A DNA stretch of 64,000 nucleotides from an uncultured virus (IMG/VR IMGVR_UViG_3300029787_000028). Lineage: Duplodnaviria > Heunggongvirae > Uroviricota > Caudoviricetes > Crassvirales. The notes under the pieces were generated by a model. The model ran no database searches. It was given only the letters and a program-made list of their open reading frames with translations, and was not told the DNA's origin. The stretch spans positions 1 to 64,000 of the IMG/VR virus record IMGVR_UViG_3300029787_000028; one strand, written 5' to 3'. The position numbers and the translations under genes are program-made. Below, in pieces: positions 9,518 through 18,993 of the stretch; positions within the stretch are counted from its first letter, which is position 1, and each line of letters starts with the position of its first letter.

Positions 9518-9779
9518 TGCTGCTCAGCGCTTGATGACAAGCATGGAGGCAGCCATCAACAACATGATTGATGAAATTAAAAAACCTGTTGATCCAGAGA
9601 TCAATGGTAGTGCTCGTAAAGCAGAGTTGCAGTCTATTAAGCAGACAGCAACAGACTGTAAGGAGTTAATTGTAGAAAGACAGCGCTTAGAACAAATGAT
9701 CAAAGACCTTACGAACAATGGATCAATCGAGCAAGCAAAAGACTACAGCGGAGGCTTCGCTGAAAGATATTCTAAATGA
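9489..9779 (+). CDS. Putative terminase small subunit
   Basis: Helical ~100-aa protein ending GGFAERYSK, upstream of TerL; TTG start inferred. Confidence 0.45.
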   Translation: MSRKKFTTIDAAQRLMTSMEAAINNMIDEIKKPVDPEINGSARKAELQSIKQTATDCKELIVERQRLEQMIKDLTNNGSIEQAKDYSGGFAERYSK

Positions 9780-9860
9780 TTGGCAGGCAATAGTCTGGCA
9801 AAAGAACAAAACTGATTTTAAATTCTGGGAAGAATCCTGGAATGATGAGTTTGAGGACTG

Positions 9861-10217
9861 ATGCCTTTTAAGGACCGTGATGTTAGGAGGGCTTACAATA
9901 AAGAGTACCAGAAAAAACATTACGAGAAAAACAAGGATTACTATAAGTCGAAAGCAAAACAGACTAAAGCACAGCAAAGAAGATGGAATAGAGAGTTTGT
10001 AAATAGAGTCAAAAAGATTTTTAGCTGTGTAGACTGTGGAGAGTCTAACACTCTGGTTCTTGATTTTGATCACGTCAAAGGAGACAAGGTTGAAAACATA
10101 GCAGACATGGTCCATCGTCCCAACTCTATATCAACTATAAAAAAAGAAATGAGAAAGTGTGAGATTAGATGTGCCAACTGCCACAGGATCAAAACACATG
10201 AAAGAAGAAATTCATAG
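9861..10217 (+). CDS. HNH endonuclease
   Basis: CVDC...LDFDHV...CANCHRIKT. Confidence 0.85.
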   Translation: MPFKDRDVRRAYNKEYQKKHYEKNKDYYKSKAKQTKAQQRRWNREFVNRVKKIFSCVDCGESNTLVLDFDHVKGDKVENIADMVHRPNSISTIKKEMRKCEIRCANCHRIKTHERRNS

Positions 10218-10294
10218 CCGCGAGTATCCCCTCAAGCTTATACCTTGTAGAAAGGGTAACTGGTTACATGTGGGTTCAAGTCCCACTTCGCGGA
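10218..10294 (+). ncRNA. Atypical tRNA-like RNA with UAU anticodon-like loop and rearranged arms
   Basis: Acceptor CCGCGAG/TTCGCGG; T arm GTGGG-TTCAAGT-CCCAC; CAAG-CTTATAC-CTTG hairpin precedes GTAACTGGTTAC. Confidence 0.7.
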
Positions 10295-10297
10295 CAC

Positions 10298-10371
10298 GCA
10301 CCTGTAGCTCAACTGGATAGAGCAGCACACTTCTAATGTGCAGGTTTAGGGTTCGAGTCCCTACAGGTGTA
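10298..10371 (+). tRNA. tRNA-Arg (anticodon UCU)
   Basis: GCACCTG/CAGGTGT acceptor, GCTC/GAGC D stem, GCACA-CTTCTAA-TGTGC anticodon arm, TAGGG-TTCGAGT-CCCTA T arm; CCA not encoded. Confidence 0.95.
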
Positions 10372-10390
10372 CTAAATTAAATTATATCAA

Positions 10391-10522
10391 ATGGCTAAGA
10401 TTCAAGTTTCAACCTATCAAAAGAAGAAGATCCGTCGCAAGGGCGTACACGCCAAGACGAAAGCTTCAAAAAACAAAAGCTCAAAAAACTATCGCAAGCA
10501 GTATGCTGGTCAAGGACGATAA
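10391..10522 (+). CDS. 43-aa basic peptide ending RKQYAGQGR
   Basis: Translated by hand: MAKIQVSTYQKKKIRRKGVHAKTKASKNKSSKNYRKQYAGQGR. Confidence 0.65.
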   Translation: MAKIQVSTYQKKKIRRKGVHAKTKASKNKSSKNYRKQYAGQGR

Positions 10523-12617
10523 ATATGAGGACTATGCTATCTCAATTTGTCCCAACGGTACGCAAGGTGAAAGTATTGAACTTGGTGGGCTACTCATTAT
10601 TCTTCCCGCTCAGCCTCCCAAGAAACAAATTGCAGGACATGCAAAGTCAAAGCGCCTGCAATTGTGGGAAAGGATTGATATGCCTGAGGAGCTGTCTAGG
10701 ATTAAGTCTATGGATGAGTGGGCAGAAATGCCAAGGGAGTTTAGAGAAAAGTTTCGTCCGTATATCGAAGAGGAGTTTCGCCGTAGGCGTGAGGGTTTTT
10801 GGTTCTATAACAACGGTGTCGCTACGTATATTACGGGCAGGCACTATATGATGCTGCAATGGACCAAGATGGACATAGGCTATCCATCTTACCTTGCCTT
10901 CCAACGTGATATATTTATACACCTCGTTGCGTGCGAGTCTGATCCGCGTTGCATTGGTCAGCTGTATACTAAGTGTCGTCGTTCTGGATATACCAATATC
11001 TGTTCTTCAGTTTTAGTTGATGAAGCAACTCAGATTAAAGAAAAGCTTCTAGGCATTCAATCAAAAACAGGTAAGGACGCGCAAGAAAACATCTTTATGA
11101 AGAAGGTGGTGTATATGTTCAGGAGCTATCCTTTCTTCTTTAAACCCATTCAAGATGGTACTACGAACCCTCGAATGGAGCTTGCTTTTCGAGAGCCATC
11201 TAAAAGAATCACGAAAAAGAATAAGACATCACAGAATGGCGAGGCGTTGAATACAGTGATCAATTGGAAGAACACCACCAACAATGCATATGATGGTGAG
11301 AAGCTACATCTGTTGTATCTTGATGAGGCTGGCAAATGGGAAAAACCTACGGATATAAGGGACGCCTGGAGGATTCAAAGAACCTGTTTGATCGTAGGGC
11401 GGAAAATCGTAGGAAAGGCAATGGTGGGAAGCACCGTAAATCCAATGGACAAAGGGGGGAAGGAATACAAAGATTTGTGGAGCGATTCAAACCCAGTGGA
11501 GAGAAACAAGAATGGGAGGACTAGGTCTGGATTATACAGGCTATTTATTCCAGCTTTTGAATCACTAGAGGGGTTTTTTGATTTGTACGGAGAGCCTGTA
11601 GTTAACGATCCTGACTCTCCTGTTGAGGGAATTGATGGAGAGGAAATATATACTGGATCAAAGTCTTACCTCAAGAATGAAAGGCAGGGACTTATGGAAG
11701 ACCCCTCAGAACTTAACGAGGTTATCAGGCAGTTCCCCTTCACTACAGACGAAGCATTTAGAGACAGCGTCCAAAGTACCTTGTTTAACATCACTAAGAT
11801 TTATGAGCAGGTACAATACAATGATGACTTGTATCCAAATCCAGTGGTCGTAGGAAACTTCTATTGGAAGAATGGAGATCAAGACACAGAGGTTGCGTTC
11901 AAGCCTGACCCCAACGGTAGATTTCATATTGGGTGGATGCCGCCCCCAGAGATGCGGAATCAAAAAAAGTTTGACAGAAACAAACGAGTTGCACCAAATT
12001 CAAACATAGGTGTTGGTGGTGTTGACTCTTATGATCTTGATGCAACAGTAGACGGCAGAGGATCTAAGGGGGCAATGCACATGTTTAACAAGTTCAACAT
12101 GCATCACCCATCAAACATGTTTGTTCTAGAGTATGCTTCTCGCCCACCGTTAGCCAAGATTTTCTACGAGGACTGCTTAATGGCATCTGTGTTTTACGGA
12201 TATCCTTTGTTAATTGAAAACAATAAGTACGGCATCGCAAGGTACTTTGAATCAAGGGGTTATGATGGGTATCTATTGGATAGACCTAAGCATTTGTCGA
12301 ACAGTCCTGGTGCTCAAAAAGTGAAGACAAAAGGAATCCCCTCCAACTCACAGGATGTTATTCACGCTCATGCTCAGTCTATAGAAGCATACATACACGA
12401 TCATGTAGGAATAAATCATGATAGTGGTGAATATGGTAAAATGTATTTCAATAGAACCTTGGAGGATTGGATTGGATTTAAAATCGACAATCGAACCAAG
12501 TACGACCTTAGTATAAGCTCTGGGCTGTGTTTGTTAGCAGCACAAAAAGAAAAAACAAAACCTAAATCTAGCTTCCAAGAGAAGAGGTTTTTTCGCAGAT
12601 ATAACGTAACTCGTTGA
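10503..12617 (+). CDS. terL: Terminase large subunit
   Basis: KCRRSGYT Walker A variant, LYLDEAGKW Walker B, GVDSYD nuclease motif, LIENNK. Confidence 0.92.
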   Translation: MLVKDDKYEDYAISICPNGTQGESIELGGLLIILPAQPPKKQIAGHAKSKRLQLWERIDMPEELSRIKSMDEWAEMPREFREKFRPYIEEEFRRRREGFWFYNNGVATYITGRHYMMLQWTKMDIGYPSYLAFQRDIFIHLVACESDPRCIGQLYTKCRRSGYTNICSSVLVDEATQIKEKLLGIQSKTGKDAQENIFMKKVVYMFRSYPFFFKPIQDGTTNPRMELAFREPSKRITKKNKTSQNGEALNTVINWKNTTNNAYDGEKLHLLYLDEAGKWEKPTDIRDAWRIQRTCLIVGRKIVGKAMVGSTVNPMDKGGKEYKDLWSDSNPVERNKNGRTRSGLYRLFIPAFESLEGFFDLYGEPVVNDPDSPVEGIDGEEIYTGSKSYLKNERQGLMEDPSELNEVIRQFPFTTDEAFRDSVQSTLFNITKIYEQVQYNDDLYPNPVVVGNFYWKNGDQDTEVAFKPDPNGRFHIGWMPPPEMRNQKKFDRNKRVAPNSNIGVGGVDSYDLDATVDGRGSKGAMHMFNKFNMHHPSNMFVLEYASRPPLAKIFYEDCLMASVFYGYPLLIENNKYGIARYFESRGYDGYLLDRPKHLSNSPGAQKVKTKGIPSNSQDVIHAHAQSIEAYIHDHVGINHDSGEYGKMYFNRTLEDWIGFKIDNRTKYDLSISSGLCLLAAQKEKTKPKSSFQEKRFFRRYNVTR

Positions 12618-12622
12618 TTACT

Positions 12623-12630
12623 TATATTTG
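12623..12630 (+). promoter_or_regulatory. -7 element TATATTTG upstream of portal
   Basis: TAnnTTTG match in intergenic gap. Confidence 0.65.
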
Positions 12631-12657
12631 CAAAAGGTAAAATGGAATCCCTATCTA

Positions 12658-15093
12658 ATGCAGGACACAAAAGGTACGAGTAAAGGGTTCCCAAATCCTC
12701 TTGCCTCCCCAGAAGAAAAAGCGTCAAAAGCTTACGGCACTCAATATGCAAAAGCTATTGATTCGCAGTGGGGAAGGATGACGGATGTTGGGAGTCTTGT
12801 AGGGAAAAGAAATAGAATATTTGCCAGAAGCAGAGACTATGCTATTGGCACACAGGACACAAACATCTACAAGCAGCTACTTAACAGCCTTGACCCCAAC
12901 GGTGGAGACGGTAGCTTGATGAATCTTGATTATACCCCAGTACCTATTCTGCCCAAGTTTGTTCGCATTGTAGCTAACAAGATCCTTGCAAAGAAGATGT
13001 ATCCTAATCTAGAGGCCGTTGACCCTCTGTCTACATCTCAAAAAAACCAGAATAAAAGATTTCTGAAGTCTCAGGTTGCTAACAAAGATTTGTTGATGCA
13101 ACTCAAAGAGCAGACTGGCCAGTCTTTGGGACAAGATCCTGAAACCTTGCCTGATTCAGCTGAAGAGGTTGATATTCTGTACGGAGACAACATCAAGACA
13201 GGAGGGGAGATATCTGCTCAGCTTGCGACAAATCTCACTCTTGAGTGGAATCAGTTTGATGATTCTGTTTTTAGAAGATCTGTAAACGACCTGGTTGCAC
13301 TAGGTATGGCAGTTGTTAAAAGGTCAAACGACCCAAACATTGGCATTAAAACAGACTATGTAGACCCTTCTTTGTTTATACATAGCTATACAGAAGACCC
13401 AGGTTTTAATGATCTAACTTACGCGGGTCACATTAAAAAAGTCTCTATTGCTGAATTGCGCAGACTAGCAGGTGATGAGCTTTCTGAAGAAGATCTAAAT
13501 AAGATCGCCAACAAGGTCAAAGGCACCAATGGCAACAACGCCAACAAATACAGCACAAAAAAGTACGATCAAGACTTGAATACCATGACATACGGTTATG
13601 ATGAATATACCGTCAATGTTTTGGACTTTGAGTTTTTGACTGTTGAGACCATGCACTTTGAAGAGAAAGAAAATCGCTACGGCAATTCTAATTTTTTCTA
13701 CAAGGGGTTTTCTTACAAAGCACCTAAGGGATCTGTCTATGAAAGACGTCCTCAGTGTATGGATATACAGGTTGTTTACCAGGGCAGCTATATTGTTGAT
13801 TGTGGCATGCTGTATGGGTATGGCAAAAAGAAAAACATTCCCAAGACCATTCACGACTTATCGAAGGCTACTCTGTCATACTCAGTTTCTGCAGTGAACC
13901 TGAAGGATATGATGCCTAAGTCCATGGTGGATAGCTGCACTGGCTTTGCTGACATGCTTCAGCTCACTCACTTGAAGATTCAGCAGGCAATTGCAAAAGC
14001 AAAGCCAGATGGATTGGTGATTGATATTGAAGGGCTGGAGAATGTACAGCTTGGAAAAGGAGGGGAGCTTCAGCCACTTGATCTTCATGATATCTATGAA
14101 CAGACTGGTGTATTCTACTACAGAAGTAAGAATCCAGAGGGGGGATTCCAGAACCCTCCTGTTCGAGAGATTGGCAACAGCATTAGAAATATCAATGAGT
14201 TGATTGGATTGTACAATCACTACTTGAGGATGATTCGCGATACAACTGGTGTCAATGAGGCTGTTGATGCCTCAACACCTAAGGGCGATGCTCTTGTGGG
14301 CGTGCAACAGCAAGCCATTCAGGCAAGCAACAATGCAACATATGACATTACCAATGCTTCTTTAATACTCTTCAAAAAAGTTTGTCAAGACATTATCAAG
14401 TGCATTCAGATTTTGCCAGAAGAGTCTGTAATCTACGGAGCATACAAGAGGTCTTTAGGTGACGAAAACATGGACGCCTTGTCTTCATTTTCAGAGTTGC
14501 CTATGTACAACTTTGGGGTTCTTGTCACAAAAGACATGGAGGATAAAGACAAAGCTTATTTGGAGCAAAATATCCAGATGGCTTTGCAGCAAAAAGAAAT
14601 TGATCTTGAAGACGCTATTGCTGTACGAGGACTTACGGATGTAAATCAAGCTGAGAGACTTCTCATTGTAAAACGTAAGAAGAGAATGCAAAGAGTTTCA
14701 GCGATGGCTGAGCAAAATTCTCAGCGTCAAAAACAAGAGGCTCTTCAAGCAGCTCAAGCAGCTTCTCAGCTCAAGCTTCAAGAAGCTCAGGTAGAAGCTC
14801 AGCTTGATATGGAAAAGATGAAGCTGAAGAACGAGATGGAGACTTCGCTTGAGACAATGAGGCATCAGTTTAGGCAAGAGATTGAAATGATCAAAGCCAA
14901 AGCTACTCTTGGGTTTAGAGAAGAGGATCAGGCGTTTAGAGAGAAGCTTGAAGTTCTTAAAGAGGATAGAAAAGATGATCGCCTTGAATCTCAAACAGCG
15001 GATCAGAGCAAGCTTATATCTCAAAGACAAGGCAAGAGAGAGGAAGTTGCAAAAGAGACAAAAGGATTGGTAGATAAAATATTTGAGGACTGA
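12658..15093 (+). CDS. Portal protein
   Basis: Follows TerL; LDYTPVPILPKFVRIV, MIRDTTGVNEA, long C-terminal coiled coil; ATG 12658. Confidence 0.85.
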   Translation: MQDTKGTSKGFPNPLASPEEKASKAYGTQYAKAIDSQWGRMTDVGSLVGKRNRIFARSRDYAIGTQDTNIYKQLLNSLDPNGGDGSLMNLDYTPVPILPKFVRIVANKILAKKMYPNLEAVDPLSTSQKNQNKRFLKSQVANKDLLMQLKEQTGQSLGQDPETLPDSAEEVDILYGDNIKTGGEISAQLATNLTLEWNQFDDSVFRRSVNDLVALGMAVVKRSNDPNIGIKTDYVDPSLFIHSYTEDPGFNDLTYAGHIKKVSIAELRRLAGDELSEEDLNKIANKVKGTNGNNANKYSTKKYDQDLNTMTYGYDEYTVNVLDFEFLTVETMHFEEKENRYGNSNFFYKGFSYKAPKGSVYERRPQCMDIQVVYQGSYIVDCGMLYGYGKKKNIPKTIHDLSKATLSYSVSAVNLKDMMPKSMVDSCTGFADMLQLTHLKIQQAIAKAKPDGLVIDIEGLENVQLGKGGELQPLDLHDIYEQTGVFYYRSKNPEGGFQNPPVREIGNSIRNINELIGLYNHYLRMIRDTTGVNEAVDASTPKGDALVGVQQQAIQASNNATYDITNASLILFKKVCQDIIKCIQILPEESVIYGAYKRSLGDENMDALSSFSELPMYNFGVLVTKDMEDKDKAYLEQNIQMALQQKEIDLEDAIAVRGLTDVNQAERLLIVKRKKRMQRVSAMAEQNSQRQKQEALQAAQAASQLKLQEAQVEAQLDMEKMKLKNEMETSLETMRHQFRQEIEMIKAKATLGFREEDQAFREKLEVLKEDRKDDRLESQTADQSKLISQRQGKREEVAKETKGLVDKIFED

Positions 15094-15542
15094 TGGCTGA
15101 AACAGCAAACTTTGACACAACAGAAGAGCTGAACATCGTCTGTAGAGAGGGCGACACCTTTTCTATGACAGTGAATCTCAAGGATTCTAATGGCACAGGT
15201 CTAACGCTAGTGACTGACGAGTATGTTTTTTACATGCAGGTTAAGTCAATCACTCGTGTTGGAGACAAGAGATCTGGTAGACAAAGGGAAAACGTTGTCC
15301 TTCAAACGCCAAGCATTGCTAAGGGGCGAGATACAGATGTTAGAATATTTGAATCACCAACCCTGGACAACAGTGGTAACGTAACCATTGAGGCTTCTGC
15401 AGAAACCATGAGCCTAATTGCACCTGGATCATACGTATATGATCTGAAGTATGTCAAACCAAGCTCTACTGGACTTGACACTCACAAAGGAGTATTGAGA
15501 GGCTCTTTTGTAATTAACTCACAGGTAACTGATGCATTCTAA
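15093..15542 (+). CDS. Fibre-anchoring / BppU-N-like virion protein
   Basis: LNIVCREGDTF...GSYVYDL...LRGSFVI. Confidence 0.55.
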   Translation: MAETANFDTTEELNIVCREGDTFSMTVNLKDSNGTGLTLVTDEYVFYMQVKSITRVGDKRSGRQRENVVLQTPSIAKGRDTDVRIFESPTLDNSGNVTIEASAETMSLIAPGSYVYDLKYVKPSSTGLDTHKGVLRGSFVINSQVTDAF

Positions 15543-17179
15543 TGTCTGTATCTGTAAGCACAACAGCTGCCAACCAAGTTAGTGTTAGCGTAGATGGAGC
15601 TACTCAGCTGTCATTTACGACACAAGAATCTTCTGTATCCGTAACTGAGGCTGCTGGTATATCCGTTACTGTCACTGAAAAAGGTCCAAAGGGAGATACA
15701 GGAGCCACTGGTGCTACAGGTGCTACGGGTGCCACAGGTCCAGCTGGTGCTGATGGAAAGTCTTATACTGTATCATGTGTCGATGGTGACAACAGTGATG
15801 AGGAGAAGATTAGACTCACAGACAATGACGGCACAACAGATGATGTAGTTCTAGAGGCTGGAACTGGTCTTTCTATAGCTAGAGCAGGTGATAAGATTAC
15901 GTTCACCAACACAATCACTGACACGGATACAGTCCTGACTTCTGAGCAAGTCCAGGATATTGTGGGTGCCATGTTTAGCGGCAACACAGAGACAAGGATA
16001 TCAGCCACTTATCAAGACGGTGACGGAAACATTGACTTAGTTGTCGATGATATGACTGCTGACACACAGCTTACTACAGAGCAAGTTCAGGACATTGTAG
16101 GTGCTATGTTTACTAGCAATACGGAGACTCGTATTTCAGCTACCTATCAGGATGGTGACGGAAACATTGACTTAGTTGTTGATGACATGACCGCGAATGA
16201 CAACACTACATACGGTGTGTCTTGCGTGGATGGAGACAACAGTGACGAAGAAAAAATACGCCTTACAGACAGCAGTGGAGGAACAGATGATGTAGTTCTA
16301 GAGGCTGGGACTGGGTTGTCTATTGCTAGAGCTGGAGATAAGATCACCTTTACGAATACAGTCAGCGACACAAACACTCAACTGAGCACTGAAGAAGTTC
16401 AGGATATTGCTGGGCCGCTTGTTGCAACAGGAGGCACGAAGACAAACATTGCTGTCACCTATGATGACGCCAGCGGCAATATGGATTTCGTTGTTGCCTC
16501 AGATTTGAGCACCACAGGTAATGCTGGGACAGCTACGGCTTTGGCTACGGCTAGAGCTATCAACGGAGTAGACTTTGACGGTACTGCTCCCATCACTGTG
16601 ACTGCGGCTGGATCTACTTTGTCTGACACCGTTACTGTGGCCAAGGGTGGTACTGGGGCTACTAGCTTGACTGATAATTCTGTTCTTACGGGTGCAGGGA
16701 CAAGTGCTGTTGTAGCTGAAGCTAACCTTACGTTTGACGGCAGCATACTGACGGTGACTGGTCAAAGAAAGATCCCAACTCCAAGCAGCACTGATCAATA
16801 TTACGGAGATGTAGTGGCTTTTGGTAGCGGACCCGCTGGCACTGATGGAGACATTGAGGCAGGAAAGCTTTACTATTTAGACTCTTCTCAGCAGTGGGAG
16901 GAAACTGACGCAGATGCCGCATCAACAGCTACAGGTATGATTGCTATTGCAGTGGTTGATGATAATGCAAGATTTCTTGTAAAGGGATTGGCAAGACACG
17001 GAAGCTGGGCTGGTTTTACAACTGGAGATGTTTTGTATGTGTCAGGAACAGCAGGAGAGATAACAAACACAGCACCAACTGGAAGTGCTGACATCGTTAG
17101 AATTGTAGGTTACTGTACAAATGGTACTCAGAGGGAGATATACTTTGATCCGTCAAAAGACTGGATTGAGTTGTCATGA
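15542..17179 (+). CDS. Fibre protein with collagen triplets and internal repeats
   Basis: GPKGDTGATGATGATGATGPAGADG; duplicated 40-47 aa units; TARAINGVDFDG. Confidence 0.8.
   Translation: MSVSVSTTAANQVSVSVDGATQLSFTTQESSVSVTEAAGISVTVTEKGPKGDTGATGATGATGATGPAGADGKSYTVSCVDGDNSDEEKIRLTDNDGTTDDVVLEAGTGLSIARAGDKITFTNTITDTDTVLTSEQVQDIVGAMFSGNTETRISATYQDGDGNIDLVVDDMTADTQLTTEQVQDIVGAMFTSNTETRISATYQDGDGNIDLVVDDMTANDNTTYGVSCVDGDNSDEEKIRLTDSSGGTDDVVLEAGTGLSIARAGDKITFTNTVSDTNTQLSTEEVQDIAGPLVATGGTKTNIAVTYDDASGNMDFVVASDLSTTGNAGTATALATARAINGVDFDGTAPITVTAAGSTLSDTVTVAKGGTGATSLTDNSVLTGAGTSAVVAEANLTFDGSILTVTGQRKIPTPSSTDQYYGDVVAFGSGPAGTDGDIEAGKLYYLDSSQQWEETDADAASTATGMIAIAVVDDNARFLVKGLARHGSWAGFTTGDVLYVSGTAGEITNTAPTGSADIVRIVGYCTNGTQREIYFDPSKDWIELS
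15772..16495 (+). repeat. Intragenic direct repeats in order A-B-B-A-B'
   Basis: A = SCVDGDNSDEEKIRLTD..DDVVLEAGTGLSIARAGDKITFTNT (twice); B = EQVQDIVGAMF..NTETRISATYQDGDGNIDLVVDDMTA (twice plus a degenerate copy); boundaries approximate. Confidence 0.9.
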
Positions 17180-18129
17180 GCGTAAACAAACTTTCTGGAG
17201 TTGCTTACAGCTCTATCAATAAGATTTCTGGTGTAGCAAAATCTGGGGTGGCGAAGGTGAAGGGTATAGTGCCCGTTTACTTCCTAGATACACATGCAGG
17301 ATCAACATGTGCATACAGCCTTAGACAACTTTCCTCCTCTGCCACAGTAGCAATTACTGTAGAAAATTCTAGCGGATCTACAGCAGATATTGGATTTACT
17401 GCGGCTGGAGGATTAGATACTTCGTCTCTTGCTACGCACTGTGGCAGTAACTATGGTCGAGTTTCTCGTTGGCATGATCAAAGCGGAAATGGCAATCACA
17501 TGGATCAAAGTTCAGCGACTAGCCGTCCATATATTGTTGATGCCTCAGGCAATCTGATTACTACAACAAACAATTCAGTACCTGCTCTCAACTTCAATTT
17601 TTCATCTACAGGAAGGCATTTGCAAAACAGTGGTTTTCAAACAAATAACGGAGATCAATTTTTGACTTCATATCTTGCAGAGTTTACATCTGTTACCGCT
17701 GGTCAAAACCTTGCGATGCAATGGACGTCTAGCACTTCAACTCAAGTGTTTGCCAATCAACTACTTGGGGCTTCAAGTAAGCTTAGGTGTGGTGCAAGAT
17801 TTAATGATTCAAGCAAAAGCCTGGGAAGGGCAGATACAAGTGCTACGGTATCAACAGGCGTGGAGTATATCGTCACCAACTTCATGTCTGCCAGCCCTTA
17901 CACAGGAGACATTGATGTAAACGGAGATACTTCAGATGCTTTGACTGGCTTCCCATCAAGTGGAGGCATTAACAATGGTAGTCAAGAATTTGCTTTAGGT
18001 CGCAGACCAGACAACGGCGCAGGTCAGTTTACGGGATTGATGGCTGAGTTTGTAATGTGGTCTGATTCTACGTTGCCAGATAGATCAAATGTTTTGTCAG
18101 ATACAAACACTCATTACTCTGTTTTCTAA
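17176..18129 (+). CDS. LamG/ConA-like lectin-fold virion protein
   Basis: AYSLRQL, WHDQSGNGNH, FTGLMAEFVMW. Confidence 0.7.
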   Translation: MSVNKLSGVAYSSINKISGVAKSGVAKVKGIVPVYFLDTHAGSTCAYSLRQLSSSATVAITVENSSGSTADIGFTAAGGLDTSSLATHCGSNYGRVSRWHDQSGNGNHMDQSSATSRPYIVDASGNLITTTNNSVPALNFNFSSTGRHLQNSGFQTNNGDQFLTSYLAEFTSVTAGQNLAMQWTSSTSTQVFANQLLGASSKLRCGARFNDSSKSLGRADTSATVSTGVEYIVTNFMSASPYTGDIDVNGDTSDALTGFPSSGGINNGSQEFALGRRPDNGAGQFTGLMAEFVMWSDSTLPDRSNVLSDTNTHYSVF

Positions 18130-18353
18130 TGGCAAAAGTTGCAACAGATACTGGAAACACCATCACGTCAGGTTACGTTATGCGTATAGATGATATCGAG
18201 GAATATTTTGAAACAGAGGCAGGCGCTCTGTCGTGGGCCAAGGCTGGCAACATTCCTTCTGTAGAGTTCTATACGGACGACAGTATATCAGATGCAGACA
18301 AGCTTGATGATTTGATGTACGGAAACCTCATGGAGCACTCTGTTGATATTTAA
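18129..18353 (+). CDS. Hypothetical protein
   Basis: TAATG-coupled ORF. Confidence 0.55.
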   Translation: MAKVATDTGNTITSGYVMRIDDIEEYFETEAGALSWAKAGNIPSVEFYTDDSISDADKLDDLMYGNLMEHSVDI

Positions 18354-18361
18354 TATATTTG
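18354..18361 (+). promoter_or_regulatory. -7 element TATATTTG
   Basis: TATATTTGCAATATG, identical to the 1121 site; ATG 4 nt downstream. Confidence 0.7.
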
Positions 18362-18365
18362 CAAT

Positions 18366-18671
18366 ATGCCTACGGTAAAAAGGAAAGGAAAGATGCCCAA
18401 GAAGTTCTCCGTTAAGAGCGGGGACAAGTCTGCATCTGGAGGATTGACAGCCAAGGGCGTTAAAAGATACAGAGCTGCAAACCCTGGCAGCAAACTAAAA
18501 ACTGCTGTAACCACCAAGCCATCAAAGCTTAAGGCAGGTAGTAAGTCAGCTAAGCGCCGCAAATCTTTTTGCGCTAGAATGAAGGGGATGAAGAAGAGAC
18601 TTACCAGTGCAAAGACTGCAAGAGATCCAAACTCACGCATCAACAAGGCACTCAGAAAGTGGAATTGCTAA
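18366..18671 (+). CDS. Basic phage protein (DUF6321-like)
   Basis: GGLTAKGVKRYRAANPGSKLK...RRKSFCARM...ALRKWNC. Confidence 0.7.
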   Translation: MPTVKRKGKMPKKFSVKSGDKSASGGLTAKGVKRYRAANPGSKLKTAVTTKPSKLKAGSKSAKRRKSFCARMKGMKKRLTSAKTARDPNSRINKALRKWNC

Positions 18672-18862
18672 TGAATGCTGTAAAGAAAAATAAAGGAGGT
18701 AAGCTGTCAGTTAGCAATAAAAAAGTTTCTGTCTCTCCCCCATCTGGATATCACTGGATGGAAGATAGAGGTCGATACTTTCTCATGAAGGGCGAATACA
18801 AGCCACATCCTGGGGCTGTCGCAAAAGCTGAGTTCAAACTTGTAAATCATCCAAAGTCATGA
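18671..18862 (+). CDS. Small basic protein
   Basis: ATG 18671; PPSGYHWM...LMKGEYKPH. Confidence 0.65.
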   Translation: MNAVKKNKGGKLSVSNKKVSVSPPSGYHWMEDRGRYFLMKGEYKPHPGAVAKAEFKLVNHPKS

Positions 18863-18993
18863 AAACTAAAAAAGACGCTTGTTATCACAGAGTAAAGGCA
18901 GGAGAGAAGGTGTTCCCAACTGCATATGCCAGCGGAAGAATTGCTAAGTGCAGAAAGGTAGGGATTGAGAACTACGGCAAGAGCAAGAAGTAA
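18859..18993 (+). CDS. 44-aa basic protein (KKDACY...AYASG...CRK)
   Basis: Translated by hand; fills the gap exactly, ATGA-coupled. Confidence 0.65.
   Translation: MKTKKDACYHRVKAGEKVFPTAYASGRIAKCRKVGIENYGKSKK

Noticed and set aside
9718..9861. 47-aa overlapping ORF MDQSSK...WNDEFED
   Set aside because: It fills the gap and couples to the HNH start, but overlaps the upstream gene by 62 nt and has no other support; left uncalled
15772..16495. CRISPR array or DGR template/variable repeats
   Set aside because: Repeats are in-frame protein repeats with synonymous changes; no spacers and no reverse transcriptase
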